Source: Pseudomonadota bacterium
GTDB lineage: Bacteria; Pseudomonadota; Alphaproteobacteria; Rhizobiales; Hyphomicrobiaceae
Assembly: GCA_039186015.1 (NCBI GenBank)
Contig: JBCDAH010000002.1
Span: forward strand, 4,601 to 68,600
DNA: 64,000 bases
Direction: 5' to 3'
The position numbers were made by a program, and so were the translations under genes. Shown piece after piece: positions 46,641 to 56,367 of this stretch; the first letter of the stretch is position 1, and the number at the start of each line of letters is the position of its first letter. Under the pieces are notes generated by a model that was not told the origin of the DNA, made no database searches, and saw nothing but the letters and a program-made list of their open reading frames with translations.

Positions 46641-48620
46641 ATGGACGCAAACTCCGACGATCCCACAGACGCCACAGCGCCAAGCTCAGGTGCCAATGCT
46701 GACGCGCCGACGGACCCAGCTGACGACGCGCCGCCGACCGGACCGTCTGTGATTGCCGGCTATCTGAGAACGCTTCCAGCTGCACCGGGCGTCTACCGCA
46801 TGCTGAACGTCGACGGCGACGTGATTTACGTCGGCAAAGCGCGATCCTTGCGGGCTCGGGTCTCAAACTATGCGCGTCTCGGCGGCCATACCAACCGAAT
46901 TGCCGGCATGATTGCAGCCACCGCATCGATGGAATTCGTCACGGTTCGCACGGAAGCTGAAGCGCTTCTGCTCGAAGCCAACCTGATCAAGCGGTTCCGT
47001 CCACGGTTCAACGTGCTGATGCGGGACGACAAATCCTTCCCGTTTATCCTAATCGCGCGCGACCACGCCGCGCCGCAGATCCTGAAGCACCGTGGAGCAC
47101 GCAACAAGAAGGGCGACTATTTCGGCCCGTTTGCGTCGGCCGGCGCGGTCAATCGCACGATTACGATGCTGCAACGCGCATTCTTGCTGCGCACGTGCTC
47201 AGATAGTGTTTACGAAAGCCGCACGCGGCCGTGCCTGCTCTACCAGATCAAGCGCTGTGCCGGCCCATGTACCGGAGAGATCAGCACCGAGGATTATGCG
47301 GGGTTGGTTGATCAGGCGGTTCGCTTTCTTCGTGGCGAAAGCCAATCGGTCCGCGCCTATTACCAGGCCCTAATGGCGGATGCGGCGGACAAACTCGAAT
47401 ACGAACGCGCCGCCGGTTACCGCAACCGTCTCTGGGCCCTGGCCCACGTCACGGCGGACCAGTCCATCAATACCGATGGCGTCGAGGAGGCGGATGTGTT
47501 TGCCGCATATCAGGACGGCGGGCAAACGTGCATTCAGGTGTTCTTCTTCCGCTCAGGCCAGAACTGGGGCAATCGCGCCTATTATCCGAAGGCTGACCGC
47601 AGCATAACAGTCGACGACGTCCTCGAGAGCTTTGTCGCGCAGTTCTACGACGACAAACCGGTGCCACGACTGATACTTCTTTCGAACGATACACCGGCGC
47701 GAGATCTGCTGCGCGAAGCCCTGTCGACGAAGGCGGATCGCAAGGTTGAGATCTCCGTTCCCAAGCGCGGGAGCAAGCTCGCGCTCGTCAATCACGCGCT
47801 GCAAAACGCGCGTGAAGCCCTCGCCCGCCGCCTATCGGAAAATGCATCGCAGCGCGCACTGTTGGAAGCGCTTGGCGAACGCCTTGCCCTTGCCGCGATG
47901 CCGCGCCGCGTGGAGGTCTATGACAACAGCCATATCCAAGGCACCAACGCTGTGGGTGCGATGATCGTTGCCGGCATCGACGGGTTCATGAAGAGCAGCT
48001 ATCGCAAGTTCAACATGAAGGAAGACGCGGCGCCGGGCGACGACTACGCCATGATGCGGGAAATGCTGACACGTCGTTTCAAACGTCTTGTTGCAGCGAC
48101 GGCACCGGAGGCCCCTGAGGCAGGGGCTCCCGAGGCACGCCCGCGCGATGCCGATGAGGAGTTTCCAGACACGCCTGATCTGGTGTTGATCGACGGTGGT
48201 CTCGGCCAACTCAACGTCGCCCGCGAGGTGTTGGCGGAACTCGGCCTTGAGGACATTCCGGTGATCGGCATCGCAAAGGGTCCGGAGCGGGATGCCGGCC
48301 GCGAACATTTCCATATCCCAGGCCGAGACCGGCCGCGTATGCTCGAGCCGCGCGACCCGGTCCTCTATTTTGTGCAACGTCTCAGAGACGAGGCGCACCG
48401 CTTCGCGATCGGATCACATCGGGCGAAGCGATCCAAGGCGATCAGCGCCAACCCACTCGACGACATTCCGGGAATCGGGCCGACACGCAAGCGCGCCCTA
48501 CTCAACCATTTCGGATCTGCGAAGTCCGTGTCGCGGGCAAGCGTTTCGGACCTGTTGGCCGTGAAGGGTATCTCGGCTGAGATTGCCCAACGGGTTTATG
48601 ACTTCTTTCACTCCAACTGA
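46641..48620 (+). CDS. uvrC: excinuclease ABC subunit C
   Basis: GIY-YIG ([18 protein letters not shown]), UVR domain, RNase H-like endonuclease domain and C-terminal (HhH)2 ([18 protein letters not shown]). Confidence 0.95.
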   Translation: MDANSDDPTDATAPSSGANADAPTDPADDAPPTGPSVIAGYLRTLPAAPGVYRMLNVDGDVIYVGKARSLRARVSNYARLGGHTNRIAGMIAATASMEFVTVRTEAEALLLEANLIKRFRPRFNVLMRDDKSFPFILIARDHAAPQILKHRGARNKKGDYFGPFASAGAVNRTITMLQRAFLLRTCSDSVYESRTRPCLLYQIKRCAGPCTGEISTEDYAGLVDQAVRFLRGESQSVRAYYQALMADAADKLEYERAAGYRNRLWALAHVTADQSINTDGVEEADVFAAYQDGGQTCIQVFFFRSGQNWGNRAYYPKADRSITVDDVLESFVAQFYDDKPVPRLILLSNDTPARDLLREALSTKADRKVEISVPKRGSKLALVNHALQNAREALARRLSENASQRALLEALGERLALAAMPRRVEVYDNSHIQGTNAVGAMIVAGIDGFMKSSYRKFNMKEDAAPGDDYAMMREMLTRRFKRLVAATAPEAPEAGAPEARPRDADEEFPDTPDLVLIDGGLGQLNVAREVLAELGLEDIPVIGIAKGPERDAGREHFHIPGRDRPRMLEPRDPVLYFVQRLRDEAHRFAIGSHRAKRSKAISANPLDDIPGIGPTRKRALLNHFGSAKSVSRASVSDLLAVKGISAEIAQRVYDFFHSN

Positions 48621-48682
48621 CTTTATTGACTGGCCTTTGGCTCTGAAGACCTAAGACGCCGTTTCACGTGGGCTGTGACGAC

Positions 48683-48716
48683 CCGTTTCAAATGTCAGGC
48701 CGTTTCAAGTGTCAGG
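48683..48716. repeat. 17-bp tandem duplication CCGTTTCAA(A/G)TGTCAGG x2, with a partial copy at 48659-48670
   Basis: Read directly; 16/17 identity between the units. Lies in the non-coding spacer downstream of uvrC. Confidence 0.8.
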
Positions 48717-48825
48717 CCGGTTTGACCGTAAGATCGGTGTTCAGCGCAAGCCAGCCGGACTGCGAGCCCCATGTTCTGAGACTGACGCGGCTCATGAACG
48801 CTGACCCAGAGCTCGCCCAGCGACT

Positions 48826-48857
48826 GACTTGGTGAAGCGACGGACTTGGTGAAGCGA
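48826..48857. repeat. tandem duplication GACTTGGTGAAGCGA x2 (17-bp period)
   Basis: Two identical 15-mers separated by cg, read directly. Confidence 0.8.
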
Positions 48858-49097
48858 ATGACTGGGCAATGACGACCGCGACGCTGGTGTCCGTCTCTTC
48901 GATGAGGCGATGCGTGCAGCTGCCGGAAATCCGCTGATCCCAACCTCTCTCGGCCACCCTGACCATATGTCTGCAGCCAGCAGTTGGCGGCCGGCACTCC
49001 CACGAGATGCGCGACGCGCTCGTCCCGTTCAACCCTGACGCGAAATGGAGAAACTCAGGCCGGCGGCCCGAGCTCCAGTTACTAGACAATATACTCT

Positions 49098-49155
49098 AAG
49101 AGCGCCTAAATCTGAAAAACTTTGGAAATCATTCTAGAAAAAATTAGGTGCTCTT
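49098..49155. promoter_or_regulatory. 12-bp imperfect inverted repeat (AAGAGCGCCTAA ... TTAGGTGCTCTT, 34-bp spacer) at the start of an AT-rich spacer
   Basis: 11 of 12 positions are complementary. Lies at the GC-rich to AT-rich transition, about 270 nt upstream of the OMP gene. Function unknown. Confidence 0.35.
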
Positions 49156-49423
49156 CGAGCAAAATTCATTTCTTTGATTCGACACAAATCAGCCACACCG
49201 CCGCCCAACTCAGTGGACTGGAATAAATCCTCATAAAATATTGAAAAATAATAGTATTTTTGATTTGTCCCACTAATTCATTTTACTCATTTTAGTTGAA
49301 AATCTTCTGGATTATTCGCTTGGTGGAAATGATCGAAGCATTTGATACCCGAACCGATCGGCGGGGCACGTTGCCGATATCTACTACACATTAGTGAAAC
49401 CGTTTCGTGATCGGAGGGCAGAT

Positions 49424-50176
49424 ATGTTGAAACGAACACTAACGTCGCTCGGGGTCAGCGCAGGGCTTTTGCTCATGGCAGCTGGCGCCGCAGGCGCTGG
49501 TGACACCGTCCACGGCCGAGGAAGCATGAAGGACAGCACTTATGTGCCTTCGTTCAGCTGGTCCGGCCATTACGCCCACGTCGCAGTTGGCGCCGGTTGG
49601 GCCGATTCTGACTGGGAACAGGTTCGTGGTAAGAGCTTTGTTTCAGACAGATATAAAGGGGATGTCGTATCCTTCGAGCTCGACGGGATCGTGGTCAACG
49701 GTACGGTCGGCGTCATGAGCCAAATGGGCTCGATTGTTCACGGTGTGGAAGTTGCCTTCGGGTACGTCGACTTCGACGAGACTGAACTGAGCGGGTTCGG
49801 CGCCAAAGATGACGTCTTCAAGATCCAGGTTGATTTCTATACGACGCTTGCATATCGCCTTGGATATGCATGGGACCGGATGCAGGTTTACGCGAAAGCC
49901 GGCTATGCAGGCGCGAACGTTGAGACCTCAATCGACGACGATGCGGGATGGATCAGAGGGTCCGGTGACGACGAGGAGTGGCACCACGGTTATGTGCTCG
50001 GTGCCGGTGTCGATTATGCCCTCACAAGCAGGATCATCCTGGGCGTTGAATACAACTACATGGATTTCGGTTCGAAGACCCACGCCAAGGGACTCGGCAG
50101 GCGTCGCGGCACCATCAATGACGATGTCGAGCTTGAGATGCACACTGTGGCCGGACGTGTAGGCGTAAAGTTCTAA
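49424..50176 (+). CDS. outer-membrane beta-barrel protein (Omp25/Omp31/RopB-like, OMP_b-brl)
   Basis: Signal peptide MLKRTLTSLGVSAGLLLMAAGAAGA, alternating beta-strand pattern and C-terminal ...GRVGVKF ending in Phe. GGAGGG lies 6 nt upstream of the ATG. Confidence 0.8.
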   Translation: MLKRTLTSLGVSAGLLLMAAGAAGAGDTVHGRGSMKDSTYVPSFSWSGHYAHVAVGAGWADSDWEQVRGKSFVSDRYKGDVVSFELDGIVVNGTVGVMSQMGSIVHGVEVAFGYVDFDETELSGFGAKDDVFKIQVDFYTTLAYRLGYAWDRMQVYAKAGYAGANVETSIDDDAGWIRGSGDDEEWHHGYVLGAGVDYALTSRIILGVEYNYMDFGSKTHAKGLGRRRGTINDDVELEMHTVAGRVGVKF

Positions 50177-50230
50177 AGCCTCCGCGCTCTATACGTCGAA
50201 CTCTCATTGCTGGTCCGAAGCTACGCCGCT

Positions 50231-50270
50231 GCCGAACTCGGATGTTTCCGAGTTCGGCCTTATATTTTTT
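50231..50270 (+). terminator. Rho-independent terminator of the OMP gene
   Basis: Perfect 12-bp stem GCCGAACTCGGA / TCCGAGTTCGGC with a 4-nt loop, followed by cttatatttttt. Confidence 0.8.
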
Positions 50271-50531
50271 GCGACTTCAGATACGTCCGATTATCTACTT
50301 CAGCTCAATCTGGATGATCCAAACGCAACGTGCCTGTTGCGACAGAAATTATGAATTCCTTCACGTTTTGCGCCGGTTGACGTCGAGTCCCTGCAACGTG
50401 TGGCTCAACATTAAACGAATTTTCCGAATATCTGTGTCACAAGCCATTTCTGGCGTGCAGCGCGCACTTTAACCAATGGTTATATGCTCAAGACTAGCAT
50501 GCCCTGGCGTTCCTCGTGAGTAGTAGTCCTT

Positions 50532-51410
50532 ATGCTGAACACCCTGAGCAAGCCAACGTCCGGTTCACTGCTGACGGACTATGCGTCACTTCTTGGAGAC
50601 GCAGTTCTCAGGAACAACGCGCGACAGGCCGAACACGCAGCGCGCATCGAAACCGACATCGCGAACCGTATAAAGTCCGAGTTTATCGCAAATATGAGCC
50701 ATGAGCTGCGGACGCCGCTCAACACAATGCTCGGGTTTTCGAAGCTCTTACGCGAACACGACGACAAGCAACTCAGCGCCGATGAAATCGTCCAGTATGC
50801 GGGCCTCATTCATGATGCGGCCGGCCATCTGCTCTCCGTCATCAATGACATCCTAGACATCACCAAACTGCAGAGTGGCCGCTATACGATCGAGGCGCAA
50901 GAATTGCAGCCGATTGAACTGATTGATGGCGTCATTGACGAACAAAAACCTAATGCCGAACATGCCGGCGTTGGCGTGAATTACGAAGCCGATCGCGGAA
51001 TTGATCATATTCGTGGCGATTGGAACAAACTGCGCCAAGCTTTTAATAATCTGTTGAACAACGCAATCAAATTTACACCGGCTGGTGGTTCGGTCAGCGT
51101 CGAGGCGCGGAGGCGCCGCGATGGTGGCGTGGTCGTCATCATTCGCGACACAGGCGTCGGCATGTCTGACGATGAGATTCGAATTGCGCTGGCGGACTTC
51201 GGACAAGTTGACGGTAGCCGCACGCGCTGGCGCGACGGGACGGGTCTCGGCCTGCCCATCGCAAAAGCCTTGATCGAACTCCACGGCGGTGAGCTGTCAA
51301 TCCGCAGTGAGAAGGACGTGGGGACTGAGGTTGCGGTATTGCTGCCGCCGAAATCGCGCGTGTCGCTTGCCGCAGCGCGCGACCACATCCTTGGAAAGGG
51401 TGCTCCGTGA
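50532..51410 (+). CDS. soluble sensor-less histidine kinase (HisKA + HATPase_c only)
   Basis: H-box FIANMSHELRTPLN begins at about residue 50. N box NLLNNAIKFT, G1 IRDTGVGM, G2 GTGLGLPIAK. No TM, PAS, GAF or receiver domain. Confidence 0.85.
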   Translation: MLNTLSKPTSGSLLTDYASLLGDAVLRNNARQAEHAARIETDIANRIKSEFIANMSHELRTPLNTMLGFSKLLREHDDKQLSADEIVQYAGLIHDAAGHLLSVINDILDITKLQSGRYTIEAQELQPIELIDGVIDEQKPNAEHAGVGVNYEADRGIDHIRGDWNKLRQAFNNLLNNAIKFTPAGGSVSVEARRRRDGGVVVIIRDTGVGMSDDEIRIALADFGQVDGSRTRWRDGTGLGLPIAKALIELHGGELSIRSEKDVGTEVAVLLPPKSRVSLAAARDHILGKGAP

Positions 51411-53509
51411 CAATGCTCAACGATGCCAAAGCCAAATTCGCCGGACCAATTGCAACTGACAATTGGCCTGCCGATAACTCCGTTGGGCGGATCGTGTCTG
51501 TTACGGGTGCGAAAGCAATTGCGTTGCTCGACGAGAGGCTCCGGCTCGATAATACGGACGATGCGCTGCGCCCGGAAATGGGCACCTTGCTTGCGATCAG
51601 CCAACAACACACCACGGTTCTCGCGATCGTTACGGCGCTGAGCGTTCCAGTCCCCGCGCAACGCGAAGGTGATGCCGAAGTCTGGATCGCGGAACTCACG
51701 CTGGTTGGCGAACTCTGGCTTTCGCAGACCGGTGAGATCACGACCTTCAATCGCGGGGTGACACAATATCCGACACTCGGAGATCGCGTGCGCGTCGCGA
51801 GCAAGGACGAATTGCACGAAGCGTTCTGCGGTAATCCTGAAGGCGCTGTCCGCGTTGGCAACATCCGCCAGGATTCTTCGATTCCGGCGATGGTTCGCGT
51901 CGATGATCTCCTCGGTAAGCACTTCGCGATTCTGGGCACGACTGGGACCGGTAAATCCTGCACGACCGCCCTCATCCTGCGCGCGATCTTGGAAGAGAAT
52001 CCGAACGCCCACATTGTTCTGCTCGACCCGCACAATGAGTATGCAACGGCATTTAGCGATTGGGGCGAAGTCATCTCGCCGCGCAACGTGAACCTGCCGT
52101 ATTGGCTCTTGAACTTTGAAGAAATCGTCGAAGTTCTGGTCGGCTCGCCGGAAAACCGAAAAGCGGAAATCGAAATCCTTCAAGAGCTGATTCCGATTGC
52201 CAAGAGCCAGTATACGACACCGCGCGGAACGAAAGACGCTGTTGCAAGGCGCCGTGGCAACGGGGCGGCAAACAACTTCACGGTTGATACGCCGGTGCCT
52301 TACCGCATGTCGGACATCGTTGCGCTGATCGACGAGCGCATGGGCAAACTGGAAAACAAGCGGGACCTGCACCCGTACCGTCAGCTCAAAAACCGTATTG
52401 AAGCCGTCGGGCAAGATGCCCGCTACGCGTTTATGTTCGGCAGCGTAACGGTCTACGACAGCATGGCCGATATTCTGGGCCGTTTCTTCCGCGTTCCCGT
52501 CAACAACCGCCCGATCAGTATTCTTGAACTCACGGGACTGCCCACGGAGATTGTCAACGTCGTCGTATCGGTTCTGTGCCGCATGACGTTCGACTTTGCG
52601 CTGTGGGGCGAAGGCCGGATCCCAGTCACACTGGTTTGCGAAGAGGCGCACCGGTACGTTCCGGCCAATACGCAATCCGGCTTTGAGCCCTGCAAACGCG
52701 CGATCGCGAAGATTGCCAAAGAGGGCCGCAAGTACGGCGCCTCACTGTGCATCGTGACGCAGCGGCCGGCGGAAATCGACCCGACGATCTTGTCCCAATG
52801 CAACACCGTGTTTGCGTTGCGCATGTCGAACGATCGCGACCAGCAGATTGTGCAGTCCGCCGTGTCCGATACCGGGCAAGGGTTACTCGAATTCCTGCCT
52901 GCACTTGGTCAACGCGAGGCGATTGCGTTCGGTGACGGCGTCGCGCTACCGGTCCGTCTCAAGTTCAAAGATCTTGAGAAACAGAACCTGCCGCGCTCCT
53001 CAACCGCGCGCTTCAGTGAGATGTGGCAGACGTCCGTTGGTGACGAGGACTTTCTCGAGCGGATTGTGGAGCGGTGGCGGACAGCCGGCGCCATTGTCGA
53101 TCATGACAGCCTGGAGTTACCGTCAGGCGATGCGCAACACGGCCTGCCGGAAGCCGTCGGCCATGGCACGCACGCACCAGCGGACAGCACGGCGGATCGT
53201 TCCGCGCCGATGCACGACACAACGGCACATCGACCAGATGCTACAGCTTCTAGCAATGGCGGTGCGCGGACGGCGGCCGTGCGGCGGACTGTGGCGAACA
53301 GCGGGTCGGATTTGGCGCAAAGCCCACGCACTGCCAGACAAGCTGCCGGCACAGACATCCCACGTATCACACGATCGCCGGAACAAGGCCCCGTGGGCCA
53401 GACACGCCGTCTGCTTCAAAAGCAACCCGTCGAAGCAGAGCCAAAACCAGTCCGTGCCGATTCAACCGATGCTCTGAAGTCGCTCCGCGAGCGGCTGATG
53501 AAACGGTAG
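51407..53509 (+). CDS. HerA/DUF87-like P-loop ATPase with a long disordered C-terminal tail
   Basis: HAS-barrel-like N-terminus (GRIVSVTGAKAIALL), Walker A ILGTTGTGKS, LVCEEAHRY (Walker B/DEAH-like) and CIVTQRPAEIDPTILSQCNTVFALRM, typical of HerA/DUF87. The last 170 aa or so are low-complexity. The GTG at 51407 overlaps the kinase stop (GTGA); an ATG lies at 51413. Confidence 0.75.
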   Translation: MTMLNDAKAKFAGPIATDNWPADNSVGRIVSVTGAKAIALLDERLRLDNTDDALRPEMGTLLAISQQHTTVLAIVTALSVPVPAQREGDAEVWIAELTLVGELWLSQTGEITTFNRGVTQYPTLGDRVRVASKDELHEAFCGNPEGAVRVGNIRQDSSIPAMVRVDDLLGKHFAILGTTGTGKSCTTALILRAILEENPNAHIVLLDPHNEYATAFSDWGEVISPRNVNLPYWLLNFEEIVEVLVGSPENRKAEIEILQELIPIAKSQYTTPRGTKDAVARRRGNGAANNFTVDTPVPYRMSDIVALIDERMGKLENKRDLHPYRQLKNRIEAVGQDARYAFMFGSVTVYDSMADILGRFFRVPVNNRPISILELTGLPTEIVNVVVSVLCRMTFDFALWGEGRIPVTLVCEEAHRYVPANTQSGFEPCKRAIAKIAKEGRKYGASLCIVTQRPAEIDPTILSQCNTVFALRMSNDRDQQIVQSAVSDTGQGLLEFLPALGQREAIAFGDGVALPVRLKFKDLEKQNLPRSSTARFSEMWQTSVGDEDFLERIVERWRTAGAIVDHDSLELPSGDAQHGLPEAVGHGTHAPADSTADRSAPMHDTTAHRPDATASSNGGARTAAVRRTVANSGSDLAQSPRTARQAAGTDIPRITRSPEQGPVGQTRRLLQKQPVEAEPKPVRADSTDALKSLRERLMKR

Positions 53510-53560
53510 ATGTGAGGCCTCAGGGGAGGAGGCGCAAATTGGGCTGACCGTTGCGCCATC

Positions 53561-54319
53561 TCAACTCCGTGATGTTTCCCGGACGACCTCAGTCGACTTC
53601 AAGTCGCAGAGAACGGTTTCTCCGGCAATTGCCGTCTGCCCGACAGCAACGAGTGCGCTATGGCCCGGCGGCAAATAAACGTCGATACGGCTGCCAAAAC
53701 GGATCAACCCGATCCGCTGGCCGATCGCAACGGAATCGCCCTCGCTGACAACACTCACAATCCGACGCGAGACAAGACCGGCGATCTGGACCACGGCCAG
53801 TTCAACCCCGTCCGGCGTCGTCAAGATCAGGCCCCGCCGCTCGTTCTCTTCACCTGCCTCCGCACGCCGACTGCTGGAAAACGCACCCGGGATGTACACC
53901 GCGCGCGCGACACGCCCTGTGATTGGCGATCGGTTCACGTGCACGTCAAATGGCGAAATGCACACTGTGATGCGTGTTCGCTCGTCGTCGCCCAACCCCA
54001 GTGCCTGGGGCGGTGTCATGTTTTCGATGGCGGTGATCTTGCCGTCGGCAGCTGAGACGACGAGACCGTCTCGAAGTGGCGATACGCGCTCTGGATCGCG
54101 AAAGAAATACGCGGCGGCTGCCGTGAGGATTGTGAACACCCAACCAATGGGAGACCAGATAAGAAAACCAAGGAACGCAATCGCCAGCGCCACGGCGATG
54201 AACTTGTGCCCATCTCGATGGATCGGCACGAGAGAATTATAGAATTCCTCAAACACGTGCTTGAGATAAGTCACCGCCACCCCCTGGTCTTCGGTTGCCA
54301 CACGTTGGTCTGCGACCAT
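53561..54319 (-). CDS. psd: phosphatidylserine decarboxylase (short, Rhizobiales-type proenzyme)
   Basis: LVPIHRDGHKF near the N-terminus, two TM helices, and the FGSRIDVYLP self-cleavage (G-S) motif near the C-terminus. Confidence 0.8.
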   Translation of the reverse strand: MVADQRVATEDQGVAVTYLKHVFEEFYNSLVPIHRDGHKFIAVALAIAFLGFLIWSPIGWVFTILTAAAAYFFRDPERVSPLRDGLVVSAADGKITAIENMTPPQALGLGDDERTRITVCISPFDVHVNRSPITGRVARAVYIPGAFSSSRRAEAGEENERRGLILTTPDGVELAVVQIAGLVSRRIVSVVSEGDSVAIGQRIGLIRFGSRIDVYLPPGHSALVAVGQTAIAGETVLCDLKSTEVVRETSRS

Positions 54320-54456
54320 TGGTGCGGAACCCACGCCAGACGCGTTTAGGTGCCTACGCTCTTCAGATCAAGCACGGGTTGGAACTTGCGTTACGGCCAC
54401 GGGCGCCGGATCGCTTCCCGTGTTGTAGATCGTCTGCCCCGACAGATGGGACGCTG

Positions 54457-55980
54457 CTAATTCACGCGAACCGCGAGGATACGCTTACGACCCTCCGGCA
54501 ATTCGAGCACCAGCCGGAGGTTGCGCCGTTGTGCCTCACGCGCCAGCTTCATCGCCTGGGCGAGGTCGGCACGGCTTGTTATCTGGCGTCCGTCGGCCTG
54601 AACCAGGCGGTCGCCAGGTGTCACACCACGCCGCGCCGCAGGGCTATCAGGCAGTACGCGCGTAACGACCAGGCCGGACTGTCCGGACTTGAGCTTGAAA
54701 CGTGCAATCAGCTCGTCGGTCAGAGTCGTCAGCTCCATCCCGGCAACAGGACCCGAGGCGAGGTTCTTGCCCTCCCCCGGGACTTCTGAACGTTTCGGCG
54801 GCACGGCCTTCTTCGCAGCTTCAGGGTCCTCGTTGAGCCGCCCGACCGTGACGTTCAAATCCATCCGCTGCCCGTTGCGAATCACGGTCACAGGCGCGCG
54901 CCGGCCTTCGTCAGTTTGCGCCACGAACCGCAGCAACATGCGCACTTTCTCGATTGCCTTGCCGTCGAACGAAACGATGATATCTCCAGGCTTGAGCCCG
55001 CCGGCTTCCGCCGGCCCGCCCGACGCCACACTGGCAACCAATGCGCCCGTATTGGCCTTGAGGTTCGAGGACGCCGCCAGATCCTCAGGAACTGATTGGA
55101 CGCGCACGCCGAGCCAGCCGCGCCGCGTTTCGCCGTACTTGCGGAGTTGGTCGATCACCACCCGCGCAACGCTGGCAGGTACTGCGAAGCCGATCCCGAT
55201 CGAGCCGCCAGTCGGCGAAATGATCGCCGTGTTCACACCGATGACGTTACCGTTCATGTTGAACAGGGGACCACCGGAATTGCCCTTATTGATGGCTGCG
55301 TCCGTCTGCAGATAGTCGTCATAGGGCCCTGTCTTGATGTCGCGCTGCTTGGCCGAAATGATGCCCATGGAGACGGACCCACCAAGACCGAACGGGTTGC
55401 CGATCGCGAGCACCCAGTCGCCGACTTCAAGACGCTCCGACGATCCAAAGTCGACAGACGGCAGCGGGCGATCCGGGTTCACCTTCAACAGCGCCAGGTC
55501 GGTCTTCTTATCGACCCCGAGGACCTTTTCGACCTTCAGCTTACGGCCGTCGGAAAAGTTGATTTCGATCTCATCCGCGCCGTCAATCACGTGATTGTTG
55601 GTGACCACCAGACCCTCGACGCCATCGATGACGAAGCCCGATCCAAGTGACGCAACTTTCCGGCGTTCCGTTCCGTTGTCCTTCTTCTTAAAGAAGTCGT
55701 CGAACAGTTCCTCGAACGGGGATCCTTTCGGTACACTCGGCAGCGGCCGGCCGCGCGTGCCTTTGATGCGCTGACTTGTCGAGATATTGACGACGGCAGG
55801 CGCCAGTCGCTTGACCAGCGGTGCGACCGAACGAGGACCCTCGGCAGCAACATGCGTCGTCGTGATCACAAGTGCGCAGGCTGCAAACCACGCACTGAAA
55901 ACGATTGTCGTTAATTCCGTTGAGGTCATCGCATTGATGGACCGCACCACTTCACGCATGACGCTTCTCCCGGTGGCCAC
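54457..55980 (-). CDS. degP: DegP/DegQ (HtrA)-family periplasmic serine endoprotease with two PDZ domains
   Basis: Catalytic motifs TNNHVI, DLALLKV and GNSGGPLFN, followed by two PDZ-like regions. The start may be at an internal Met. Confidence 0.9.
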   Translation of the reverse strand: MATGRSVMREVVRSINAMTSTELTTIVFSAWFAACALVITTTHVAAEGPRSVAPLVKRLAPAVVNISTSQRIKGTRGRPLPSVPKGSPFEELFDDFFKKKDNGTERRKVASLGSGFVIDGVEGLVVTNNHVIDGADEIEINFSDGRKLKVEKVLGVDKKTDLALLKVNPDRPLPSVDFGSSERLEVGDWVLAIGNPFGLGGSVSMGIISAKQRDIKTGPYDDYLQTDAAINKGNSGGPLFNMNGNVIGVNTAIISPTGGSIGIGFAVPASVARVVIDQLRKYGETRRGWLGVRVQSVPEDLAASSNLKANTGALVASVASGGPAEAGGLKPGDIIVSFDGKAIEKVRMLLRFVAQTDEGRRAPVTVIRNGQRMDLNVTVGRLNEDPEAAKKAVPPKRSEVPGEGKNLASGPVAGMELTTLTDELIARFKLKSGQSGLVVTRVLPDSPAARRGVTPGDRLVQADGRQITSRADLAQAMKLAREAQRRNLRLVLELPEGRKRILAVRVN

Positions 55981-56157
55981 CTGATCTCAAGCCATCTCAA
56001 AAGTTGCTCTGCCCTGACATCACGCCGACGCATGGCGCCGCGCTTCGAATCGCGTTCAGGGACATTCCCACGAACGCAGGCTAAACACCAATGTGCGCGT
56101 TACACTGTACGCGCGTCAATTCATGGAACCGACCAAACTTCGATCAAAGTGCCGCGA

Positions 56158-56349
56158 TCAGGGTGAGCCGCGCACAAACCAGACAATTCCGACACCGACC
56201 GCGACTGCCAATGTCCCCAAAATTCGCAACTGGCTTTCCGGCGCGCCGGCGGCCGCGGCCAGCATGGCGCGGCCAGCACCGGGAAACAGTGCCCAGATCA
56301 GACCTTCCAAAACAAACACCAAACCGACGGCAACCAGCAGATCGGTCAC
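56158..56349 (-). CDS. DUF2065-family small membrane protein
   Basis: 63 aa, two TM helices, LEGLIWALFP motif. Conserved position between hflC and degP. Confidence 0.7.
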   Translation of the reverse strand: MTDLLVAVGLVFVLEGLIWALFPGAGRAMLAAAAGAPESQLRILGTLAVAVGVGIVWFVRGSP

Positions 56350-56367
56350 GCTGATCTGCGCCTCACC

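Noticed and set aside
48695-49089. 102-aa and 125-aa minus-strand ORFs in the uvrC-OMP spacer
   Set aside because: They overlap each other in different frames, are low-complexity, are interrupted by the tandem duplications, and have no RBS or family signal. A gene remnant is more likely, if they are anything at all.
51005-52675. 556-aa minus-strand ORF, plus the 315-aa ORF at 51139-52086
   Set aside because: Both are antisense to the kinase and HerA-like genes, which carry clear catalytic motifs. They are low-complexity, Arg-rich artefacts.
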